NCBI GenBank assembly: GCA_964016885.1
Contig: OZ024742.1
Location: 300,390,001 to 300,454,000 of the forward strand
Direction of reading: 5' to 3'
Source: Eledone cirrhosa
Lineage: Eukaryota
DNA: 64,000 nucleotides
Position numbers and translations under genes: made by a program. Shown here piece by piece: positions 26,035-44,549 of the stretch. The notes beneath the pieces were generated by a model. That model saw nothing but the letters and a program-made list of their open reading frames with translations. It made no database searches and had not been told where the DNA came from. Position 1 is the stretch's first letter; each line of letters starts with the position of its first letter.

Positions 26035-26624
26035 GGTGGCTGCCAACTCGTTTTCGAGTACGGCCACTAATTTATATCCATGTAGGAGAACCCCTACCGG
26101 TGCGCTGAACGAGTGTGACTTTTTAGTCCAGCGACTTGAAAACTCTGGTACAAACACTACACCTGTGACAATTATTGACACATAGTGCTGGGCCCATGGT
26201 ACCATGTGACGACAAGTGCAGAGAGATCTCCAGATATAAAGCAATGCCTGTGCTGTGAAGCTTTTATAGTGAGCAAAGGCACTGCACAAAGCCAGTCCCA
26301 CTCTCTTAACCAAGATGATATTTACCAAAAAGAAGAACAAGTCAACATCATTGGATACCATCAGGGTTGCAGGTGTTATATCAGAGTTTTCCTTCTCCTA
26401 GAATTCTGCCTTGACAAAGGCTAAGGGGTCATCTCTCCCGGTGATTTTGGATGGCCATTGACTCTTCAGAGCTCCTTTGCCCTTTGACAGGTTTTGTTTT
26501 TAGTCCTGCAGGATGTCCAAAGTCACCCTCCTCACCAAGAAACCTTGGTGGGGTTGCCAGTTTAGTCGCCAACGACCCGACCATGAGACAGGTTGTACTG
26601 GGATACATGTTACCAGTAGCACCA
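26033..26624 (-). mobile_element. Non-autonomous RTE derivative
   Basis: Family copy. Confidence 0.9.
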
Positions 26625-26882
26625 TATACATATACATATATACATATATACATATATACATATACATATATATATATACATATACATATATATATATATA
26701 CATATATATATGTATACATATATATATGTTACCAGTAGCACCATATACATATACATATATACATATATACATATATACATATACATATATATATATACAT
26801 ATACATATATATATATATATACATATATATATGTATACATATATATATATATACATATATACATATATACATATACATATAC

Positions 26883-26913
<31 letters not shown>

Positions 26914-27040
26914 CATATATATATATACATATACATATATATATGTATACATATATATATATATACATATATACATATATACATATACATATACATATAT
27001 ATACATATATATATATATACATATATATATATACATATAC

Positions 27041-27113
<73 letters not shown>

Positions 27114-27240
27114 CATATATATACATATATATACATATATACATATATATACATATATATATATAAATATATATATATATACATATACATACATATACAT
27201 ATATATACATATATATATATATACATATACATATATATAC

Positions 27241-27288
<48 letters not shown>

Positions 27289-27308
27289 ATACATATACAT
27301 ACATATAC

Positions 27309-27372
<64 letters not shown>

Positions 27373-27382
27373 ATACATATAC

Positions 27383-27438
<56 letters not shown>

Positions 27439-27466
27439 ATACATATACATATATATATATATATAC

Positions 27467-27527
<61 letters not shown>

Positions 27528-27600
27528 TATATATACATATATATATATACATATATATACATATATACATATACATATACATATATATATATACATATAC

Positions 27601-27669
<69 letters not shown>

Positions 27670-27710
27670 CATATATATATACATATATATATATATACAT
27701 ATATATATAC

Positions 27711-27741
<31 letters not shown>

Positions 27742-28006
27742 CATATATATATACATATATATATATACATATATATATACACATATATATATACACATAT
27801 ATATATATACATATATATATACACATATATATATATACATATATATATACATATATATATATATACATATATATATACATATATATATATATACATATAT
27901 ATATACATATATATATATATATACATATATATATACATATATATACATATATATATACACACATATATATATATATATATACATATATACATATATATAT
28001 ATATAC

Positions 28007-28039
<33 letters not shown>

Positions 28040-28040
28040 C

Positions 28041-28071
<31 letters not shown>

Positions 28072-28072
28072 C

Positions 28073-28103
<31 letters not shown>

Positions 28104-28282
28104 CATATACACATATATATATATATACATATACATATACACATATATATATATATACATATACATATATACATATATATATATATATACATATATATAC
28201 ATATATATATACATATATATATATATATACATATATATATACATATATATATACATATATACATATATATATACATATATAC

Positions 28283-28313
<31 letters not shown>

Positions 28314-28366
28314 CATATATATATACATATATATATACATATATATATATATACATATATATATAC

Positions 28367-28415
<49 letters not shown>

Positions 28416-28470
28416 CATATATATATACATATATATATATATACATATATATATACATATATATATATAC

Positions 28471-28501
<31 letters not shown>

Positions 28502-28672
28502 CATATATATATACATATATATATATATATACATATATATATACATATATATATATATACATATACATATATATACATATATATATACATATATACATAC
28601 ATATATATATATATACATATACATATATATACATATATATATACATATATATATATACATATATATATATAC

Positions 28673-28720
<48 letters not shown>

Positions 28721-28937
28721 ACATATATATATACATATACATACATATATATATACATATACATATATATACATATATATATACATATACATACATATAT
28801 ATATACATATACATATATATATACATATATATATACATATACATATATATATATACATATATATATATACATATACATATACATATATATATACATACAT
28901 ATATATATACATATACATATATATATACATATACATA

Positions 28938-28995
<58 letters not shown>

Positions 28996-28998
28996 TAC

Positions 28999-29035
<37 letters not shown>

Positions 29036-29106
29036 CATATATACATATATATATATATATACATATATATACATATACATATATACATATATATACATAT
29101 ATATAC

Positions 29107-29155
<49 letters not shown>

Positions 29156-29188
29156 CATATATATACATATATATACATATATATACAC

Positions 29189-29264
<76 letters not shown>

Positions 29265-29282
29265 TTACATATATACATATAT
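26625..29282. repeat. 2.6-kb (TA)n/(TACA) array
   Basis: Direct reading; source of spurious 800-900 aa ORFs. Confidence 0.99.
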
Positions 29283-29298
29283 AGTTTTAATATAGATG

Positions 29299-29349
29299 AG
29301 ATTCTACAGGACTAGAACTGTTTCATTCATTAGAAATCATCAGGAATCT
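29299..29349 (-). ncRNA. Type I hammerhead ribozyme
   Basis: AGAUUC-CUGAUGA-U-UUC-uaau-GAA-U-GAAACAG-uucuaguc-CUGUA^GAAUCU. Confidence 0.82.
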
Positions 29350-29580
29350 GGGTATCAAAAAATAAATATGGTATTTATAGGTCTCTACAAGTGGTAGGAG
29401 AGGGTAGGGAGTTGGATGGGTGCAGGTCATTAGTTGATAGAAAAGGGAATTCATTAAAAGCTAATTCTACAAAGCTATAGTTAAATTTTTATTTTTATTT
29501 ATATTTATTTTTATTTACTTATATTTATTTATGTTTTTATTTATTTTTATTTATTTATATTTATTTATGTTTTTATAAAA

Positions 29581-31404
29581 AAATCCCCTAATCTTTATGT
29601 CTCCTCCGATAAAACCAAAAACGTTTATGAGGTAGACCCACAGACCTACAATAACCTGGCAAAAAATACCATCACGACCACCTACAAAAAGGTAATAGAG
29701 AGGGCGCTGACTGAGACAAACGCGGCCGGAAAAGAAATCGCCAAGTCCCTTAAATTACTTGACCGAACCGAACCTTTAAGGGTAAAGACCCCGCACTTTA
29801 CCCTGAAGGACCATAAGGGAAATTTCCTCAACAAACCATCAGTCAGACTTATCAACCCCACTCGTTCTGACATCGGCTCTATCAGTAAGAAGATCCTGGA
29901 TAGAGTTCTACCATTATTGCGGGCGGCTTCACCACTTCCACTCTGGAGTAGAACATCTGAGGCAATATCATGGTTCCGAGAATTACCCGATAAACACCAC
30001 ACTCGCTTCCTGCAACTCGACATAGAAAACTACTATGCCTCTATCTCGGAGCCCCTCCTGAAGGACGCAATTAACTTTGCCAGGAATTTTACCACCATTA
30101 CCGATGCCGAGCAAGTTATTATCCTCCACGCTCGTAAGACCTTTCTATACCACGATGGATCTTACAGGATCAACAAGAAATCTCAGACCCCATTTGACGT
30201 TAGCATGGGGGCGAGTGACTCGGCTGAAATTAGCGACCTTGTGGGCCTGTACATCCTACATAACCTGAAGAACCTCTTTACCGGCCTAACTGGAGGTTTA
30301 TACCGAGACGACGGCCTCTTCGCCCTGCATAAGGTTAGCCCCAGAACCACCGATGGGTTTCGGAAAAACTTAAGCTCTTTCTTCTCTAATCTAGGATTTA
30401 GTATAACTTTAGATTCTAATTTGACTAGGGCCAACTTCTTAGATGTCACTCTCGACCTAGATACTTCCCTCTATTACCCGTACCACAAACCTAATGAGTC
30501 CCTTAAATATATTAATGTTAATTCAAACCACCCCCAAAACATTACTGATAACCTAGTAAAAAGCGTCTCTATTAGAATATCTGGCCTCTCCGCCAACAAA
30601 GATATTTTTAATGCATCTGCCTCCTACTACAATGACGCCCTAGCCCGTAGCGGATTTAAAGATAAGATAACTTACCTAGAAACCACCGCAAAATTGCAGA
30701 GGAGGAATAGACATAGGCAGATTAGCTGGTACAACCCTCCCTTCAATAGAAAGGTATCTACTCCGATAGCTAGGATTTTCTTCACTTTACTGAAATTACA
30801 CTTCCCCATACAACATAGGTACTACACCATCTTTAATAAGAACACTATAAGACTTTCTTACTCCACCACACCTAACCTAGCTAGGAATATAGCCAACCAC
30901 AACTCTAAACTAAATAAGCCAACCACCTCCGAAACCAATCCCCGGACTGGGGCTCTATGTAATTGCCTAAATAAGGAAGCATGCCCACTAGAAAACAAAT
31001 GCCTCACAAATGACATCGTATACAAATGCGATGTCATCTCGGGCACCGAGGATTGCAAAAAAACTTACATCGGCATGACCTCCAACACCTTTAAGACCCG
31101 CTGGTATGCCCATACCCACTCCTTCAGAAGACCGGATAAATCAAATCAAACAACACTCGCCTCCTACGTTTGGGACCTCAAAAGGAACTCCACCCCCTTC
31201 ACGCTTAATTGGAAAATACTCCAGGAAGCGCGCTCTTACAACGGAGGACACAAGGGCTGCGACCTTTGTATTTCAGAGAGCTACGAAATTTTATTCGCCA
31301 AGGGCCCGCTACTGAACAAACTCTCTGAACACTGCCCGAACCGCATGCACAAGAACTTTGCAACATTCAAACACTTTAAGCCAGTGTTAAAGCCCGATGG
31401 CTAA
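29581..31404 (+). CDS. PLE reverse transcriptase + GIY-YIG endonuclease (N-terminally truncated, open frame)
   Basis: Frame is open upstream of the track start ([15 protein letters not shown]...RLINP). Motifs: [33 protein letters not shown] (CxCx5C), DIVY...YIGMT, CDLC. Confidence 0.92.
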   Translation, partial: KSPNLYVSSDKTKNVYEVDPQTYNNLAKNTITTTYKKVIERALTETNAAGKEIAKSLKLLDRTEPLRVKTPHFTLKDHKGNFLNKPSVRLINPTRSDIGSISKKILDRVLPLLRAASPLPLWSRTSEAISWFRELPDKHHTRFLQLDIENYYASISEPLLKDAINFARNFTTITDAEQVIILHARKTFLYHDGSYRINKKSQTPFDVSMGASDSAEISDLVGLYILHNLKNLFTGLTGGLYRDDGLFALHKVSPRTTDGFRKNLSSFFSNLGFSITLDSNLTRANFLDVTLDLDTSLYYPYHKPNESLKYINVNSNHPQNITDNLVKSVSIRISGLSANKDIFNASASYYNDALARSGFKDKITYLETTAKLQRRNRHRQISWYNPPFNRKVSTPIARIFFTLLKLHFPIQHRYYTIFNKNTIRLSYSTTPNLARNIANHNSKLNKPTTSETNPRTGALCNCLNKEACPLENKCLTNDIVYKCDVISGTEDCKKTYIGMTSNTFKTRWYAHTHSFRRPDKSNQTTLASYVWDLKRNSTPFTLNWKILQEARSYNGGHKGCDLCISESYEILFAKGPLLNKLSEHCPNRMHKNFATFKHFKPVLKPDG

Positions 31405-31569
31405 AAATGACCTCCCCCTACTGGCCCCTATACCTCCTCCCCACCCTACCCCCACCCTTCCTCAACCTGAAATACGGCCACTATGGTCATGTGATACCTC
31501 TTTCGTATCTACATTTTCTGCCTGTAGAGGTGTCTTTATGTGCCTGTGTATATGCGTATATTTATTGAG

Positions 31570-31641
31570 TACCTATTTACTTGTATGTGTATATATTTGT
31601 TTGTATATGTGTATATGTGTATGTGTGTGTGTGTGTATATA

Positions 31642-31728
<87 letters not shown>

Positions 31729-31871
31729 GTATATATATGTGTATATATATATGTTTGTGTGTATATGTGTTTTATGTGTGTATATTTATGTAGGTATATG
31801 TATGTATGTGTTTGTGTATGTGTATGTATGTATGTATATGTGTATATATATATATATATATGTGTATATGT

Positions 31872-31917
<46 letters not shown>

Positions 31918-32069
31918 GTATGTATATATATATGTGTGTGTATATGTATATATATATATATATATATTTATGTATGTGTATGTGTATATATATATGTTTG
32001 TGTGTATATGTGTTTTATGTGTGTATATTTTTGTATGTATATGTATGTATGTGTTTGTGTATATGTATG

Positions 32070-32115
<46 letters not shown>

Positions 32116-32269
32116 TGTGTGTATGTATGTGTATGTATGTATGTATGTATACGTGTGTATGTGTGTGTGTATGTTTATGTATATGTCTGTGTATGTGTGT
32201 ATGTATGTATATGTGTGTATATGTGTGTGTATATGTGTGTGTATATGTGTGTATATATATGTGTATATG

Positions 32270-32320
<51 letters not shown>

Positions 32321-33023
32321 ATATATATGTGTGTATGTATGTATATATATATATGTATGCATGTATATGTATGTATGTGTGTATGTATGTATGTGTATAT
32401 ATATATATATATATTATGTCAGGTCACCAGTTGGTGCTACTGGTAACATGTATCCCAGTACAACCTGTCTCATGGTCGGGTCGTTGGCGACTAAACTGGC
32501 AACCCCACGAAGGTTTCTTGGTGAGGAGGGTGACTTTGGACATCCTGCAGGATTAAAAACAAAACCTGTCAAAGGGCAAAAGAGCTCTTAAGAGTCAATG
32601 GCCATCCAAAATCACCGGGAGAGATGACCCCTTAGCCTTTGTCAAGGCAGAATTCTAGGAGAAGGAAAACTCTGATATAACACCTGCAACCCTGATGGTA
32701 TCCAATGATGTTGACTTGTTCTTCTTTTTGGTAAATATCATCTTGGTTAAGAGAGTGGGACTGGCTTTGTGCAGTGCTTTTGCTCACTATAAAAGCTTCA
32801 CGGCACAGGCATTGCTTTATATCTGGAGATCTCTCTGCACTTGTCGTCACATGGTACCATGGGCCCAGCACTATGTGTCAGTAATTGTCACAAGTGTAGT
32901 GTCTGTACCAGAGTTTTCAAGTGGCTGGCTGGATTGAAAAGTCACACTCGTTCAGCGCATCGGTAGGGGTTCTCCTACATGGATATAAAGTAGTGGCCGT
33001 ACTCGAAAACGAGTTGGCAGCCA

Positions 33024-33099
<76 letters not shown>

Positions 33100-33144
33100 G
33101 TATATATATATATGTATGTGTGTATATGTATATATGTATATGTA

Positions 33145-33175
<31 letters not shown>

Positions 33176-33244
33176 GTGCGTGTGTGTGTGTACGTATATA
33201 TATATATATATGTATATGTATGTGTATGTGTGTATATGTGTGTA

Positions 33245-33307
<63 letters not shown>

Positions 33308-33378
33308 GTGTATATGTGTATATATATATGTATATGATTGTGTGGGCAGGTGTGTGTATATATGTGTATATGTGTATG

Positions 33379-33449
<71 letters not shown>

Positions 33450-33529
33450 TGTGTGGGTGTGTGTATGTGTGTATGCGCGTGTGTGTGTATATATATGTAT
33501 GTATGTGTGTGTGTGTATGTATGTGTATG

Positions 33530-33600
<71 letters not shown>

Positions 33601-33759
33601 GTATATATGTATATATATATATATGTATATATATGTTTATGTATGTGTATATGTATGTGTATGTATATATGTGTGTGTATATGTGCGTTATATGTCTGTA
33701 TATATATGTGTATATTTATGTATAGGTCTGTGTATGTATGTGTATGTTTGTGTATGTAT

Positions 33760-33805
<46 letters not shown>

Positions 33806-34054
33806 TTGTATGTGTGTGTATAGATATATATATATATATATATGTATATGTGTATGTGTATGTATATTTGTATATATGTGTATATATGTGTATGTATATG
33901 TATATATATGTGTATGTATATGTATATATATATGTGTGTGTATGTGTGTGTGTATAGATATTTATACATATGTATACTCGTGTTTGTATGTATGCGTGTG
34001 AGTCTATTTATTTGTGTATATATATGTGTGTGTGTGTGTATGTATGTGTATGTC

Positions 34055-34133
<79 letters not shown>

Positions 34134-34134
34134 G

Positions 34135-34170
<36 letters not shown>

Positions 34171-34187
34171 TATATGTGTGTGTGTGT

Positions 34188-34235
<48 letters not shown>

Positions 34236-34278
34236 GTGTTTGTATATATAAGTATATATGTATATATATATATATTTA

Positions 34279-34312
<34 letters not shown>

Positions 34313-34460
34313 CGTATGTATATGTGTATATGTATTTTTTATATATGTATGTATGTATGTGTGTATGTATGTGTGTGTACATGAATATATATTTTTATAT
34401 ATATTTATATATTTTTTATATATGTGTGTGTGTTTTTATGTGTGTATATGTGTTTGTGTG
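31570..34460. repeat. (TA)/(TG)/(TATG) compound microsatellite inside the PLE 3' region
   Basis: Direct reading; interrupted by the insertion at 32416-33026. Confidence 0.97.
32416..33026 (+). mobile_element. Non-autonomous RTE derivative (full length), nested in PLE
   Basis: Family copy. Confidence 0.9.
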
Positions 34461-35039
34461 TGTGTTTATGGTTGCGCGTAAGTGTGTGAGTGAGTATGTG
34501 TGTTTTTTTGTTTTTTATGTGTGTTTTTTTGTTTTTCTGTTTTTTTTTGTTTTTTTGTTTTTTTGTTTTTTTGTGAATGTGTCTGTTGATTTTGGCATAT
34601 TGTTGATAAGTTTAAGAGAAGTTCGAAGATAATAGTAAGATATGCACTCAGTATTTTGAATCTGTCTGCAGAATTCCCTAGACCTCTGTCACTTAGTAGA
34701 ACCTTAATGACTTTAGCTTTTAAAGAATCTCCCTCTTCTTTAATTCTATCGAGCTTGACTGACCCCCCACTGATTTTATAGACATCTGTTAGCTTAAGAG
34801 AAACTTATTGACAAGGAATGGTATGCCATCCGGAACCTGTTTATAGAATTCTGTCTGCCTTTGTTACTCTAAAAACATAAATAAATATAAATAAAAAAAA
34901 AAATTTAACTATAGCTTTGTAGAATTAGCTTTTAATGAATTCCCTTTTCTATCAATCAATGACCTGCACCCATCCAACTCCCCACCCTCTCCTACCACTT
35001 GTAGAGACCTATAAATACCATATTTATTTTTTGATACCC

Positions 35040-35090
35040 AGATTCCTGATGATTTATAATGAATGAAACAGTTCTAGTCCTGTAGAATCT
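35040..35090 (+). ncRNA. Type I hammerhead ribozyme (3' pLTR copy)
   Basis: As 29299-29349 with one stem-II substitution; predicted cleavage after 35084. Confidence 0.8.
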
Positions 35091-35174
35091 CATCTATATT
35101 AAAACTGTTATACTCTGCTATGTATTGAGTACCTTACTTACTGTGGTTACCTCCGATTCAACCCAGAATAACGT

Positions 35175-37346
<2,172 letters not shown>

Positions 37347-37348
<2 letters not shown>

Positions 37349-37817
37349 GGTGGCTGCCAACTCGTTTTCGAGTACGGCCACTACTTTATATCCATGTAGG
37401 AGAACCCCTACCGATGCGCTGAACGACTGTGACTTTTTAGTCCAGCCAGCGACTTGAAAACTCTGGTACAAACACTACACTTGTGACAATTATTGACACA
37501 TAGTGCTGGGCCCATGGTACCATGTGACGATAAGTGCAGAGAGATCTCCAGATATAAAGCAATGCCTGTGCTGTGAAGCTTTTATAGTGAGCAAAGGCAC
37601 TGCACAAAGCCAGTCCCACTCTCTTAACCAAGATGATATTTACCAAAAAGAAGAACAAGTCAACATCATTGGATACCATCAGGGTTGCAGGTGTTATATC
37701 AGAGTTTTCCTTCTCTTAGAATTCTGCCTTGACAAAGGCTAAGGGGTCATCTCTCCCAGTGATTTTGGATGGCCATTGACTCTTAAGAGCTCCTTTGCCC
37801 TTTGACAGGTTTTGTTT
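37347..37817 (-). mobile_element. Non-autonomous RTE derivative (5' truncated)
   Basis: Family copy. Confidence 0.9.
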
Positions 37818-37983
37818 ATATATACATATTTGTTTATATATACATATATATATACATATATATATACATATATATATACATATATATATACATATATATA
37901 TACATATATATATATACATATATATATACATATATATATACATATATATATATACATATATACATATACATATATACATATAC

Positions 37984-38014
<31 letters not shown>

Positions 38015-38137
38015 CATATATACATATATATATATATACATATATACATATATATATATACATATATAGATATATACATATATATATATATACATATATA
38101 CATATATATATATACATATATACATATACATATATAC

Positions 38138-38168
<31 letters not shown>

Positions 38169-38181
38169 CATATATATATAC

Positions 38182-38260
<79 letters not shown>

Positions 38261-38327
38261 CATATATATATATATACATATACATATATACATATATATA
38301 TATATACATATACATATATACATATAC

Positions 38328-38358
<31 letters not shown>

Positions 38359-38399
38359 CATATACATATATATATACACATATATATATATATATATAC

Positions 38400-38459
<60 letters not shown>

Positions 38460-38489
38460 ACATATATATATACATATACATATATATAC

Positions 38490-38576
<87 letters not shown>

Positions 38577-38599
38577 CATATATATACATATATATATAC

Positions 38600-38630
<31 letters not shown>

Positions 38631-38668
38631 CATATATATATACATATATATATATATATACACATATA

Positions 38669-38710
<42 letters not shown>

Positions 38711-38724
38711 CATATATATATACA
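37818..38724. repeat. (TA)n/(TACA) array
   Basis: Direct reading. Confidence 0.98.
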
Positions 38725-39088
38725 TTAGAAAGTGAGGTTTTTTTTTACAAAATGAAAAATAACCGAGGTGTCCTACACGAGTGGAAGTATAAAGAAAAAG
38801 GGATGAAATCGAAAATGCAACTGAAGTCTTATTTTTTTTAAAAATATATATATTTATTTGGTTCCTTTACCGGTTTCGCAGTTCTTCTGCTTTTCAAAAG
38901 GTGAGTTGAGATGGAGGGTCTGTGGTTTTTCTCACATCTGTGAGAAAAACCACAGACCCTCCATCTCAACTCACCTTTTGAAAAGCAGAAGAACTGCGAA
39001 ACCGGTAAAGGAACCAAATAAATATATATATTTAAAAAAAAAATAAGACTTCAGTTGCATTTTCGATTTCATCCCTTTTTCTTTATAT
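38725..39088 (-). mobile_element. Fold-back PLE-type end (arms ~38788-38936 and 38940-39088) with variant HHR in each arm
   Basis: Near-perfect ~300-bp palindrome plus a ~60-bp tail; relative at 57910-58098. Confidence 0.85.
38974..39011 (+). ncRNA. Minimal hammerhead ribozyme, U3-A8 core variant (mirror copy 38864-38901 minus)
   Basis: CCUU-UUGAAAA-GCAG-aagaa-CUGC-GAAAC-CG-GUA^AAGG. Confidence 0.78.
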
Positions 39089-41160
<2,072 letters not shown>

Positions 41161-41565
41161 ATGGAGGAAGTTATAGTTCACTTGAAGCATTGTGTAATGA
41201 GGTATAAACGTTTGTATATGTATAATAAAGCCAAAGCAATGCAGGTATGGACATAGAATAAAGAATGCAAATGCAAAAGATATCGTTGACAATTAGTCTT
41301 TTACCTTAGATTTATTTAAATGTCCTTAATTTTCGAGATAGCTTGCCAAATAGCTTGCCATGTCATGCTGACAGGAAATTTCCTGTCAGCATGACTTGGC
41401 AAGCTATTTAGAACACTGGTTTAACCGCTTTACTTCCCTCCGAAGAAGAGATATTATCTCGAAAATTAGGACATTTAAATCAATCTAATTGTCAACAATA
41501 ACTTTTGCATTTGCATTCTTTATTCTATGTCCATACCTGCATTGTTTTGGCTTTATTATACATAT
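41161..41565 (+). mobile_element. Double fold-back element with HHR-like motif (41437-41470)
   Basis: Perfect inner palindrome centred on 41378 and outer inverted arms; CCU-CCGAAGA-A-GAGAU-auu-AUCUC-GAAAAUUA. Confidence 0.7.
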
Positions 41566-41579
41566 ACATACATATATAT

Positions 41580-41638
<59 letters not shown>

Positions 41639-41741
41639 AATATATATATATAAATATATATATAAATATATATATAAATATATATAAATATATATAAATA
41701 GTATTTCATAATATATATATAACAATATTTCATAATATATA

Positions 41742-42003
41742 TATAAGTGAGTATAACGACAAAATGGAAAATAATTAACGTAAAATCTGGGAAAATAATT
41801 CAAACACAATTAAAAAAAAATCAAGACAGATTTATCCATAGAATTTTGTGAAACCCAGAGAAAAATCTATTGATTTTTGCCTGGATTTCACAAAATTCTA
41901 TGGATAAATCTATGTCTTGATTTTTTTTTTTAATTGTGTTTGAATTATTTTCCCACATCTTACGTTAATTATTTTCCATTTTGTCGTTAGAGTCACTTAT
42001 ATA
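41742..42003. repeat. ~260-bp palindrome in (TA)n
   Basis: Arms ~41742-41858 and 41881-42003. Confidence 0.85.
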
Positions 42004-42065
42004 TATATTATGAAATACTGTTGGCTTCGCGCTCACAATAATTTCTATACTTTCATTTATATATA

Positions 42066-42149
<84 letters not shown>

Positions 42150-42156
<7 letters not shown>

Positions 42157-42406
42157 GTTTGTATTTGCATGACTTGGCAAGCTATTTAGAACACTGGTTT
42201 AACCGCTTTACTTCCCTCCGAAGAAGAGATATTATCTCGAAATTAAGGACATTTAAATAAATCTAAGTTAAAAGACTAATTGTCAACAATATCTTTTGCA
42301 TTTGCATTCTTTATTCTATGTCCACACCTGCATTGTCTTGGCTTTACACATACAAACGTTTATACCTCATTACACAATGCTTCAAGTGAACTATAACTTC
42401 CTCCAT
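42150..42406 (+). mobile_element. Second copy of the 41161 family with HHR-like motif (42215-42248)
   Basis: CCU-CCGAAGA-A-GAGAU-auu-AUCUC-GAAAUUA^AGG; the 3' part is the reverse complement of 41161-41340. Confidence 0.7.
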
Positions 42407-42421
42407 ATATATATATATATA

Positions 42422-42470
<49 letters not shown>

Positions 42471-43007
42471 CAGCAACAAGAAAAAGCAAACTATTTACAA
42501 ATAGAGCTAATATTTATTTGTTAGGATTAATAAACACGATATTCTATTTGCAACAAATGGTTTCATGAGCTAACAAAGCCTGAACAAGTGAAAATTATGG
42601 CTGTTAGTATTTTCAAACGAATGAAGATCGGATCATAATATATGTATACATGTGTGTATGAGTGTGTATATGTGTATGTGTGTACGTATTGAAATGTCTT
42701 TACAGCGGAGAGGTTCATCGGAAATGGTGAAGTTTCGTTTTCCGATGATGATATCAGTGTATGTTGTATTGTAGAGTTATTCTATCTCATAGCCTGGTCT
42801 CACCCGTAAGCCAACAGCCAAAGATATCTCCGTACTCTCAATCTCTGATTCAGAATGAGGTATAATGTTTTCCTATCATTGATATTTATCTGTCATTAGC
42901 ATAGAAAAAAATGCCAACAGAAATGTGGTGCGACGCACCCCTCCCCCTCTGGTGAGAATGGACTGGACCACTACATATACATAGTAGCGGCCTGAGTAAG
43001 TGGGCAA

Positions 43008-43185
43008 GTTGGTATTAGTTCCATAGTTCGTGTGTTGAAAGTCAAAGTTGGTACTAGTTCGGCAGTTCGTGTGTTGATAGTCGGAGTTGGTACTAGTTCC
43101 ACGGTTCGTGTGTTGAAAGTCAAAGTAGGTACGAATTCCACAGTTCGTGTGTTGATAGTCAAAGTTGGTACTAGTTCCACAGTTT
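43008..43185. repeat. 39-bp minisatellite, ~4.5 copies
   Basis: Unit GTTGGTACTAGTTCCACAGTTCGTGTGTTGAWAGTCAAA. Confidence 0.92.
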
Positions 43186-43512
43186 GAGTTAGCGTGTTGG
43201 ATTGTTGGTTCTTAAAATATTGTTGTTCCGTTACTTGTAGTTATTGCCGTTTGTTTCGATTCTATTGTTATTACACTGTTGCAGTGTATTCGTTTATCCA
43301 TAAGGACATAACAATAAGTTTCTTTTAATAGAATGCATATAAATAAATACAATTTCCATAAAAAAAAGAGAAAAAACGTGGGTAGTAACATACACCCTGT
43401 TGCAGAAACTGCATTTCTTCAGATCTTAATCATTGTCCTTTAGAACTACGGAACTCTGGACATTATGTGAGCGATCAGCAAGAGAGCCATAAAAAACAAT
43501 GAGCATCTAGAT

Positions 43513-43805
43513 CAACCATGGGCAACCTGCGGCCCGCGAAGCTTTCTGAATGGCTCGCCTAAGTCACTTAAGTGAAATCTTTCTGATTTTTTTTACCCAA
43601 ACTTGTCAGTCGTAATTTATCTTTCTATACTTTTTACGAACGAGGAAAACAACGTGTACGAATTCTGAAGAAACAAATCAAAAACAACCTGAGTTACCAC
43701 CCCTTTTTAAAATGTGGGCACGAATGTAAATTAGCGCTTGCGGCCCGCCTAATGATGAGTCACATCTCATGCGACCCGCTTCTTGAAAAAGGTTGTCCAT
43801 GCCTG
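43513..43805. mobile_element. hAT (Charlie-like) MITE
   Basis: TIRs CAACCATGGGCAACCT / AGGTTGTCCATGCCTG, subterminal GCGGCCCG motifs, perfect 8-bp TSD ATCTAGAT. Confidence 0.9.
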
Positions 43806-44549
43806 ATCTAGATGGTTATGTTTGATAAGAAGTGACCGATAGGGTCAGTAGTATGTATGCTACCCAGGCACAGAGGGAAGGAAGCTAGATCAAATTCTAT
43901 CGAGTCATATGATGAGGATGTATGCTGTAAGACCCGAAACAGCCAATGATTCCATGATACAACACTGATGATGTGCCCAAAGTTTTGAATCAGTGGATGT
44001 GTGAAGAACTTGTTAGTTGGTGTTGGGACATATAAACATGCACATATATGCATACACATACATAAATATACCTATACATACATATACACATATATGTTTA
44101 TATGTATATGTATTGGTTGGATCTCAATAAGCCGGTAGGCGTGGGGCCAGACAAGTGCTGGAGTGGTGGATTTTCCGAACTAGTGAAGCTTAGGGTTAAA
44201 CAGTGGCGAAATAGTGCGTATACAGTACAGTATTACTGATACCGCTACTCTGGTCCAGAGTTACCGGACTTCTTTATGATAAAGTACTAATATTTTAGTA
44301 CAAGTTGACTGTACTGTCACATAATAGTAAGTAGATTAGTAAAAAAAAAAAAATAAAAAAAGAAGAGGAGGGATATGTCTACTGGTACCTGTAAAACATT
44401 ACGTGAAATTAGCAGAAAGCATTTTACATGAAATCCACTTCCAAAATGTATGTAGGTTTCTACATGTAATATAATTTAAAGCTGAGTACAGCTAATACTT
44501 GGTAAATCAAAATCTGTTATCTTGATGATAAAGATAAATGACGCTATCA

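Larger units (their letters stand above)
29283..35172 (+). mobile_element. 5'-truncated Penelope-like element with inverted pLTR at the 5' end
   Basis: 29283-~29490 (extending through an AT-rich tract to ~29575) is the reverse complement of ~34875-35106. RT-EN ORF, HHR in both pLTRs, ~65-bp tail, (TA)n flanks. Confidence 0.92.

Noticed and set aside
29581-31404. Selenocysteine-recoding PLE
   Set aside because: No in-frame TGA in the retained ORF; it ends in TAA.
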